From: an uncultured Erysipelotrichaceae bacterium
GTDB lineage: Bacteria; Bacillota_I; Bacilli_A; Erysipelotrichales; Erysipelotrichaceae
DNA length: 6,023 nt
NCBI GenBank assembly: GCA_964457525.1
Contig: CAYWGS010000093.1
Coordinates: 1 to 6,023, forward strand
Reading direction: 5' to 3'
The notes under the pieces are model-generated. The model was not told the origin of the DNA. It saw only the letters and a program-made list of their open reading frames with translations, and ran no database searches. Below are positions 1 to 5,128 of the stretch, piece after piece (position 1 is the stretch's first letter; the number at the start of each line of letters is the position of its first letter). A program made the translations under genes and the position numbers.

Positions 1-18
1 AAAACTATCACATAATTA

Positions 19-318
19 CTATTTTACTAAATCAAATATCTTAGCAACTTGACGGGTTCCATAATGACTGCCCTTAGCAGTAATATATGGGATATTCTTT
101 TCCTTCAAATACTTTTCAACTTCTGCTTGCCAAACGATCATTTCAGGTGAGATAATCGCAAACTCAGGATTGAATTCTTCAATAACTTCAATATGTTTTG
201 GATGTAAAGCAAGTTTCACTTCAAAGCCAAAATCACCTTTTTCAGCTGCTAGATTAACTGCAGTCATGAAACTATCTGTTTGACCGGATTTACGACTAAT
301 TAATACGACTTTTTTCAT
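19..318 (-). CDS. Small alpha/beta protein resembling PTS EIIB type-3 (lactose/cellobiose family) but lacking the phospho-acceptor cysteine; function unknown
   Basis: ATG at 318-316 is preceded by a strong SD (minus strand AAGGGAGAAATAT-ATG, 319-331). The gene lies 11 nt after the chbG stop. By eye it aligns with the genuine EIIB in this window: MKKVVLISRKSGQTDS vs MRKIMLF-CAAGMSTS, EFAIISPEM vs VDVCLLGPQV, NIPY vs NVPV, and a shared YG near the C-terminus. The beta-alpha alternation fits a Rossmann-like fold. The Cys position is Arg/Ser and the whole protein contains no Cys. The homology is remote and was not checked with an HMM. Confidence 0.55.
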   Translation of the reverse strand: MKKVVLISRKSGQTDSFMTAVNLAAEKGDFGFEVKLALHPKHIEVIEEFNPEFAIISPEMIVWQAEVEKYLKEKNIPYITAKGSHYGTRQVAKIFDLVK

Positions 319-329
319 ATATTTCTCCC

Positions 330-1043
330 TTAGTAAGATCTGAAGTTAACTAACTCAATATTGTGTTCTTTCACAAAATCTTTCGCTTTTGAGCTAATCA
401 ATGTTTCTAACTCTCTTACTCTATCAAAATTATATGTCGAGCATTGAATCAAATCAACATCAATGAAAGCTACATGACACATTAATTCGACATATTCACG
501 ATCTAAATGACGTTTTAGAGTCGTTTCGAATTGATTGTAATCTGTTAATGGTCCATAGAAGTCAGAAATAAAGGCTACATCTGAATCAACATGACGAACA
601 TATTTGATATCATACGCTTTCGCTAAACGACGTGTAGCTTCGATTGTTTGTGGTAATGCATGTGTATGATGATGTCCATCGATATGCGTTGGTTTATGTC
701 CAAACAGCTTGATGTACTTTTCCATTTGAGCAACATATTCTGCATAGACTTCTTCCACATCAACATCTGTTTTCTTTGTTAAAACCGCATTCTTTAAGAA
801 ATTACCCTTTTCATCCACAATCGTTTTATGGGTATCTAAAAGCGGTCTACCAGCAGTTAATACCAAATGTATTCCAACCCCTAGTTCAGGATTTTCTTTC
901 GCTAATCCTGCTGCCATTTCAATAGCAGGCATATTCATCATAGCAGTCGTTGAACGCAATAATCCACGTTTTAGAGCATCGATAATTCCACGATTGACCC
1001 CTGGGGTTAATCCAAAATCATCTGAGTTAACAATTAATTTCAT
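330..1043 (-). CDS. chbG: YdjC/ChbG-family carbohydrate (chitooligosaccharide) deacetylase
   Basis: The N-terminus MKLIVNSDDFGLTPGVNRGIIDA matches the ChbG/YdjC signature (xxNADDFGLSxGxNxGI). The metal-ligand-type motifs GIHLVLT and IDGHHHTH are present. An SD (AAAGGAGAAAGT) precedes the ATG at 1043. The start overlaps the HAD stop as ATGA (1040-1043). Confidence 0.88.
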   Translation of the reverse strand: MKLIVNSDDFGLTPGVNRGIIDALKRGLLRSTTAMMNMPAIEMAAGLAKENPELGVGIHLVLTAGRPLLDTHKTIVDEKGNFLKNAVLTKKTDVDVEEVYAEYVAQMEKYIKLFGHKPTHIDGHHHTHALPQTIEATRRLAKAYDIKYVRHVDSDVAFISDFYGPLTDYNQFETTLKRHLDREYVELMCHVAFIDVDLIQCSTYNFDRVRELETLISSKAKDFVKEHNIELVNFRSY

Positions 1044-1837
1044 ACTTTCTCCTTTATTAAGCCTAATTGCACTAAGGCATTATATATTCCATGATCATTC
1101 ACAGAATCCGTAATCATATACGCAACTTCTTTTAATTCTTTCTGAGCATTCCCCATCGCAATCCCATATTTGACCCCTTGAATCATTTCGAGATCATTCA
1201 TACCATCACCAAACGCAATCACATCCTCTAATGTTAGATCATGCATTTTCGCAATAGCTTCTATTCCCGTTAATTTAGAAGTCCCTTTAGGATAAATATC
1301 CACCATATAATCATAATAACGATGAAAACTTAAATGAGGAAATTCCTTCTCAAAGAATTCATCATATTCTGGTAGGAATGCGGCTTGTAATAAATGATTC
1401 TTGTGTTCATCACTATAGTTAGAACCATAATCTTTTAATCGAGTTACAGAATGAGAATATTCCATATCTGGATGCGTTACCGTTAATATTGGTTTTATCC
1501 CATAAAAACTATTAACTGCAAATAAACCACCCTGTATTGGCTTTAAAACATCGATTAATCGATTTAAATCTTCATCCTTCACATACGATTCATAAACAAT
1601 ATTACCTTTAACAGTCGTACATTGACCATTCACACAAACAAAGGCATCGACATCAATATCTTTTCTTTGTTCAGTAAAGAAGAAATGACCTCTACCACTT
1701 GCCATCCCAACTAAGGTATCACCTCTTTGTTTTAACAACTCAATTGATTGATACGCAGAATCAGGAATAATCCCTGTTTTGAAATCAGAAAGTGTATCAT
1801 CCATATCAAATAATACAATATGCTTAATATGACTCAT
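1040..1837 (-). CDS. Cof-type HAD-IIB family hydrolase (probable sugar-phosphate phosphatase)
   Basis: All four HAD motifs are present: I LFDMDDTL (DxD nucleophile), II MASGR, III PKGTSK, and IV FGDGMNDLEM followed by GIAMGNA. This is the classic Cof/YidA-like arrangement with a cap insertion between motifs II and III. GGAGA lies 4 nt upstream of the ATG at 1837. Confidence 0.88.
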   Translation of the reverse strand: MSHIKHIVLFDMDDTLSDFKTGIIPDSAYQSIELLKQRGDTLVGMASGRGHFFFTEQRKDIDVDAFVCVNGQCTTVKGNIVYESYVKDEDLNRLIDVLKPIQGGLFAVNSFYGIKPILTVTHPDMEYSHSVTRLKDYGSNYSDEHKNHLLQAAFLPEYDEFFEKEFPHLSFHRYYDYMVDIYPKGTSKLTGIEAIAKMHDLTLEDVIAFGDGMNDLEMIQGVKYGIAMGNAQKELKEVAYMITDSVNDHGIYNALVQLGLIKEKV

Positions 1838-1866
1838 TTTATCTCCATTTTAGTCAATACAGACAG

Positions 1867-1891
1867 ATGGACGGATGGTCCATCCGTCCAT
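1867..1891 (-). other. Perfect 25-nt GC-rich palindrome (ATGGACGGATGG-T-CCATCCGTCCAT) forming an intercistronic stem-loop between the GH4 and HAD genes
   Basis: The two 12-nt arms are exact reverse complements, giving about 11 bp of stem and a 3-nt loop. It sits in the 75-nt GH4-HAD gap. On the transcribed (minus) strand it is followed by CUGUCUGUAUU, only a weak U-tract. It is therefore more likely an mRNA stabiliser, processing site or partial terminator than a clean terminator. Confidence 0.6.
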
Positions 1892-1912
1892 TGTTGTTCT
1901 ATTTTATAAAAC

Positions 1913-3226
1913 TTATTTAAAGAATTGAGGTAAAAATTCTTTGTGAGCTTCTAACATTTCATCCAAGATTAGTTTAGCTTTATTTTCATCACGAACGAGT
2001 GGGTTAATTGTCATCGCAACTAAAGCAGTGTTATAGTCTCCACTTACAGCCGCATCTGTCGCAACTTGTTCGAAAGATTTCATTTGTTGTACTAAACCTT
2101 CTACTTGGATTGGTAAACGACCCATTGCTAATGGACGAGGACCTTCTTTAGTAATAACACAGCTAACTTCAACCGCACAATCCATAGGTAAGGATGCGAT
2201 TGCACCCATGTTCATGGTATTAACAGGTTGAATGTCTTTTGTATCATTGTACATTGACGCAATTAAGTTACATGCTGCATCGGAATAATATGCACCACCA
2301 CGTAATTCTAATTGTTTAGGTTTGTCTTTTAGGTTAACGTCTTTATAAAGCTCAAACAATTCTGCTTCAACTTTCTTAACGACTTGACCACGGGATTCAC
2401 CCTTCTTAACATCTTCTTGTTGGTGATCTACCATTGCTTGGTATTGATAGTAATAACGGTGGTAACCGCAAGGCATAATACCTAAGCCTTCAAGGAACTC
2501 ATTACCCCAAGGTGTTGCGGTAATGTTCTTCATCGTAGCACGGGAACCTTTGTATTTTTCCATAACTTCTTTGGAAACATCCTTACCATCTAAGTACGTA
2601 CGTAAACCATATACCATATGGTTTAATCCAGCAAAGTCAATACGAATACGATCCATTTCTACACCAAGTAAATCTGCTGCAGAACGAACCATTCCAATAG
2701 GAACATTACATAAGCCAACAAACTTCTTCCAGTTTGTATGACGGAATACAGCTTCAGTAACCATACCTGCTGGGTTAGTAAAGTTAATTAACCATGCATC
2801 TGGACATAACTCTTCCATATCTTTAATAATGTCTAAGATAACAGGAATTGTTCTGAATCCTTTAAATAATCCACCAGGACCATTTGTTTCTTGTCCTAAA
2901 ATACCATATTTCGCAGGAATTGTTTCATCCTTAACGCGTGCATCCAATAATCCAACACGTAATTGAGTCGTAACGAAATCTGCATCTTTAAGGGCAGCTC
3001 TACGATCAAGTGTCAAATGAACTTCGATTGGTAAGCCTGCTTTTTCAACCATACGTTTAGCAAGATTACCTACAATATCTAATTTTTCTTGACCTGCAGG
3101 AACATCCACAAGCCATAATTCAGTAATTGGTAAATGATCATAACGTTTGATGAATCCTTCTACCAATTCTGGGGTATAAGATGAACCTCCCCCAATCGTA
3201 ACAATCTTCAATCCTTTTTTACTCAC
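1913..3226 (-). CDS. chbF: Glycoside hydrolase family 4 6-phospho-beta-glucosidase (ChbF/CelF/LicH type)
   Basis: The protein carries LKIVTIGGGSSYTPELVEGFIKRY (the GH4 NAD-binding N-terminus), GLCNVPIGM (the CN(V/I)P subgroup signature of 6-phospho-beta-glucosidases) and AGLNHMVYG (metal His). Overall it is near-collinear with E. coli ChbF as recalled. I place the start at GTG 3226-3224, with SD AGAAAGGAA at 3244-3236 and 10-nt spacing, giving MSKKGLKIVTIGGG. The ORF-track start at 3253 is a TTG with no SD that abuts a terminator U-tract. Confidence 0.9.
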   Translation of the reverse strand: MSKKGLKIVTIGGGSSYTPELVEGFIKRYDHLPITELWLVDVPAGQEKLDIVGNLAKRMVEKAGLPIEVHLTLDRRAALKDADFVTTQLRVGLLDARVKDETIPAKYGILGQETNGPGGLFKGFRTIPVILDIIKDMEELCPDAWLINFTNPAGMVTEAVFRHTNWKKFVGLCNVPIGMVRSAADLLGVEMDRIRIDFAGLNHMVYGLRTYLDGKDVSKEVMEKYKGSRATMKNITATPWGNEFLEGLGIMPCGYHRYYYQYQAMVDHQQEDVKKGESRGQVVKKVEAELFELYKDVNLKDKPKQLELRGGAYYSDAACNLIASMYNDTKDIQPVNTMNMGAIASLPMDCAVEVSCVITKEGPRPLAMGRLPIQVEGLVQQMKSFEQVATDAAVSGDYNTALVAMTINPLVRDENKAKLILDEMLEAHKEFLPQFFK

Positions 3227-3255
3227 TTTCTCAAGTTCCTTTCTATCATACAATC

Positions 3256-3283
3256 AAAAAAAACACGGAAATCTCCCGTGTTT
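3256..3283 (-). terminator. Rho-independent terminator directly after the EIIB gene and upstream of the GH4 gene
   Basis: The minus strand reads AAACACGG-GAGAUUU-CCGUGUUU followed by UUUUU (T8 run in total, 3263-3256). The 5' arm overlaps the EIIB stop codon (TAA, 3284-3282). Confidence 0.75.
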
Positions 3284-3605
3284 ATTTAGCTTCTTTAGAT
3301 GCCATCATGTTTAATGCTTGATCTAAAACTTTAGGTCCGTTACATGAACCGTAGTCCATCATACTGATGACATCAACAGGTACATTAAACTTAGCACCTA
3401 ACTCTTTAGCTTGTGCTAAACGGAAACGTACTTGTGGCCCTAATAAACAAACGTCAACTGTTCCGATTTCACGTTCGTATTCAGAAACAGATACTGCCCA
3501 AATCTTTAAATCATTGATTCCACGAGCTTCTGCTTCTTTTTGCATTTTGCTAACAAGTAAGCTAGTTGACATACCTGCAGCACAGAATAACATAATTTTA
3601 CGCAT
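3282..3605 (-). CDS. chbB: PTS EIIB component, lactose/cellobiose/chitobiose family (EIIB type-3)
   Basis: MRKIMLFCAAGMSTSLLVSKM is the canonical EIIB type-3 P-loop with the phospho-acceptor Cys8. LLGPQV and a YG near the C-terminus match ChbB/LicB/CelA. The SD is strong (TTAGGAGGATGTAAAA-ATG, GGAGGA at 3613-3618). Confidence 0.92.
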   Translation of the reverse strand: MRKIMLFCAAGMSTSLLVSKMQKEAEARGINDLKIWAVSVSEYEREIGTVDVCLLGPQVRFRLAQAKELGAKFNVPVDVISMMDYGSCNGPKVLDQALNMMASKEAK

Positions 3606-3644
3606 TTTTACATCCTCCTAAGTGATTGTGATCTTGCTAGTTAA

Positions 3645-3673
3645 ACTATATCAAAACACTCCCACCCGGTCAA
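3645..3673 (-). promoter_or_regulatory. Sigma-A-type promoter for the EIIB/GH4 operon
   Basis: On the minus strand: -35 TTGACC (3673-3668), a 17-nt spacer, then an extended -10 TGaTATAGT (-10 at 3650-3645). The predicted 5' UTR is about 35 nt and ends in the GGAGGA SD. Confidence 0.6.
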
Positions 3674-3677
3674 TCTT

Positions 3678-3691
3678 TATAACCGCTTTCA
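3678..3691. promoter_or_regulatory. Candidate catabolite-responsive element (cre, CcpA box)
   Basis: The minus strand TGAAAGCGGTTATA has one mismatch to the consensus TGWAANCGNTNWCA. It lies 4 nt upstream of the -35 of the operon promoter. Confidence 0.5.
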
Positions 3692-3769
3692 GATGCAGTT
3701 TTAGTTTTTTTAATTAAAACAATCCATAATTCCACATAAAATGTAAGCCATATCAAAAATACCTCAAAT

Positions 3770-3841
3770 TTTGTAAACGTATAATGTGAATTTACTAAAA
3801 TTTTGCAGTGACTTTGTAATATTATCCATATTTTTTGTAAT
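3770..3841 (+). repeat. Three direct copies of TTTGTAA(A/T) in the divergent intergenic region (candidate operator, activator or UP-element sites)
   Basis: Copies are at 3770-3776, 3813-3819 and 3834-3840, with start-to-start spacings of 43 and 21 nt (about 4 and 2 helical turns). The last copy ends 13 nt upstream of the plus-strand -35. Confidence 0.3.
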
Positions 3842-3852
3842 TTTATTTTAAC

Positions 3853-3880
3853 TTGATAGCGCTTTTATATTTGGTATAAT
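3853..3880 (+). promoter_or_regulatory. Sigma-A-type promoter for the RDD gene pair
   Basis: -35 TTGATA (3853-3858), a 16-nt spacer, then an extended -10 TGgTATAAT (3872-3880). The SD GAGGA (3890-3894) lies 6 nt before the ATG at 3901. Confidence 0.6.
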
Positions 3881-3900
3881 GTACTTTGTGAGGAAATAGT

Positions 3901-4443
3901 ATGTCAAATAATAAAAAAGTTGTAAAATCTAATACCGTATTAACAGCACCAAACCCTAAACGTTTAGGTGCATTCTTAATCGATCAAATCGTATTATACG
4001 CTGTATTCGCTATTTATTTTACCCTTGCTGGTGTAACAATCGATAAACCAGCGTCAGCGCTTGTTTATTTCGGTGCAGTCATTCTTACATTAGCTTATCG
4101 TATCTTATATCCTGTTTATATCAGTAAAAATGATTTTGTTGGATCTACGATTGGTAAGAAGGTTATGGGAATCAAAACAATTAGTGCTGATGGTACAAAC
4201 GTTTCCATTAAAGCCCTAGCAATCCGTAGCTTATTCATGTTAATTATCGAAGGTTTTGAAATCTTTGCGGTTTCATATTTCATGAGTGGCGTTGCAGTAT
4301 TAGGCTTTACACAAATTGCTTATCTTGCTTATATGAATATTGTTATCGCAATCGCAAGTATCGCATTCATGTTCATTAAACCAAGTCATCAACTCTTACA
4401 CGATTATATTTCAAATACTGTAGTTATTTTGGTGAAACAATAA
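3901..4443 (+). CDS. RDD-family polytopic membrane protein (function unknown), paralog 1
   Basis: The hallmark residues R21/D28 (KRLGAFLID) and D168 (LLHDYISNTVV) are present, as is the central GSTIGKKVMGIKTISADG motif typical of RDD proteins. There are about four hydrophobic segments. The promoter and SD are good. Confidence 0.8.
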   Translation: MSNNKKVVKSNTVLTAPNPKRLGAFLIDQIVLYAVFAIYFTLAGVTIDKPASALVYFGAVILTLAYRILYPVYISKNDFVGSTIGKKVMGIKTISADGTNVSIKALAIRSLFMLIIEGFEIFAVSYFMSGVAVLGFTQIAYLAYMNIVIAIASIAFMFIKPSHQLLHDYISNTVVILVKQ

Positions 4444-4444
4444 A

Positions 4445-5113
4445 ATGGCAAAGTTTAACATCAAACAACTTGAGAAGAAAGTATTTGATTTAGATAAGTT
4501 AGAAGAAAAAGAAAGAAAACGTAATACTTCGGGTAGATTCAACCGTTTTGGAGCATTCTTTCTTGATTTCAACGTAGAACGTATTGTGAATAGTATTATT
4601 GTATTAATCGTTTGGTTGCTTGTTTATCGCAATACAGGTGATTATAATACAATGATTAATATTGATGGGTTACCTGTCAATATTCAATACTTAACACTTG
4701 TAATATTATTGTTATTTACACTCTTCTATAACATTTATATTCCAATGTATCTTTACGAAGGACAAACCTTAGGTAAGAAAGCGATTGGGATTAAAATTGT
4801 TAAGGCGAATGGTGAGAAGGCTACATTAATTAACTACATCTTACGTTATTTAACCATGCTTGTCATTGAAGGCAATTCCTATGTAGTAACCTTTAGTGGA
4901 GTCGCATTCTTCTTTATCAATTCATTCTATGATCAAGCAAAGTTAGTTAATGATATCTTATTTGGTGTATTTGCTTTATCCGCAATTATCGCCTTCTTCC
5001 ATAAAGACCGAAGAGCGATTCACGATTTTATTGGTGGTACGAAAGTTATAAACATTAAAGTGATTGAAGAATACAAAACAAAAAAAACAGACGAAGAAAA
5101 AACAGCAGAATAG
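4445..5113 (+). CDS. RDD-family polytopic membrane protein (function unknown), paralog 2, with charged N- and C-terminal extensions
   Basis: It carries R34/D41 (NRFGAFFLD), GQTLGKKAIGIKIVKANG and D194 (AIHDFIGGTKV). It shares the MLVIEG motif with paralog 1 (MLIIEG). The ATG lies 1 nt after the paralog-1 stop, with a weak SD (GGTGA, 4431-4435). The first ~30 aa are Lys/Glu-rich and the C-terminal tail is KTKKTDEEKTAE. Confidence 0.8.
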   Translation: MAKFNIKQLEKKVFDLDKLEEKERKRNTSGRFNRFGAFFLDFNVERIVNSIIVLIVWLLVYRNTGDYNTMINIDGLPVNIQYLTLVILLLFTLFYNIYIPMYLYEGQTLGKKAIGIKIVKANGEKATLINYILRYLTMLVIEGNSYVVTFSGVAFFFINSFYDQAKLVNDILFGVFALSAIIAFFHKDRRAIHDFIGGTKVINIKVIEEYKTKKTDEEKTAE

Positions 5114-5128
5114 AATTTGCTGTTTTTT
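5097..5128. terminator. Short bidirectional intrinsic terminator shared by the convergent RDD-2 and rpiR-family genes
   Basis: AAAAAACAGCA (5097-5107) pairs with TGCTGTTTTTT (5118-5128) around a 10-nt loop that contains the RDD-2 stop (TAG, 5111-5113). A and T runs on both sides give a U-tract in either direction. The rpiR-family stop (5130-5128) overlaps the T-run. Only a 5-6 bp GC-containing core is present, so the hairpin is weak. Confidence 0.5.

Noticed and set aside
2523-2741. 72-aa plus-strand ORF from the six-frame track
   Set aside because: It lies entirely antisense within the well-supported GH4 gene. It has no SD or promoter, and its composition is the low-complexity mirror of the sense frame. 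It is most likely a spurious shadow ORF.
3227-3253. N-terminal 9-codon extension of the GH4 ORF (ORF-track start at 3253)
   Set aside because: The codon at 3253-3251 is TTG, not ATG. It has no SD and directly abuts the terminator U-tract. GTG 3226 has an SD and gives the family-typical N-terminus.
3367-3621. 84-aa plus-strand ORF from the six-frame track
   Set aside because: It is antisense to the canonical EIIB gene and runs through that gene's SD and start. It has no translation signals and no recognisable family features. It is a shadow ORF.
3710-3751. 13-codon micro-ORF on the minus strand (MAYILCGIMDCFN), with GAGGT 9 nt upstream; a possible leader peptide
   Set aside because: It lies upstream of the best operon promoter (3645-3673), so it would not be on that transcript. 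I could not find a promoter for it. It is short enough to occur by chance. Only ribosome profiling or TSS data could rescue it.
3772-3785. Second cre-like sequence / alternative TATAAT (TGTAAACGTATAAT)
   Set aside because: Only the left half matches the cre consensus, with three mismatches in the right half. The TATAAT at 3780-3785 has no -35 or TG extension and would give a 115-nt leader. It is weaker than the 3853-3880 promoter.
3764-3829. 21-codon minus-strand ORF (MDNITKSLQNFSKFTLYVYKI) in the intergenic region
   Set aside because: It has no SD-like sequence upstream (TTACAAAAAAT) and no promoter. It is an AT-rich chance ORF.
5080-5087. A8 homopolymer (plus the AAAAAACAG direct repeat at 5082-5090 and 5097-5105) as a possible slipped-strand phase-variation switch in RDD paralog 2
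   Set aside because: It sits in the last ~10 codons, within the charged tail. A frameshift there would barely alter the protein. The A-richness is explained by Lys/Glu codons and by the terminator's A-tract.
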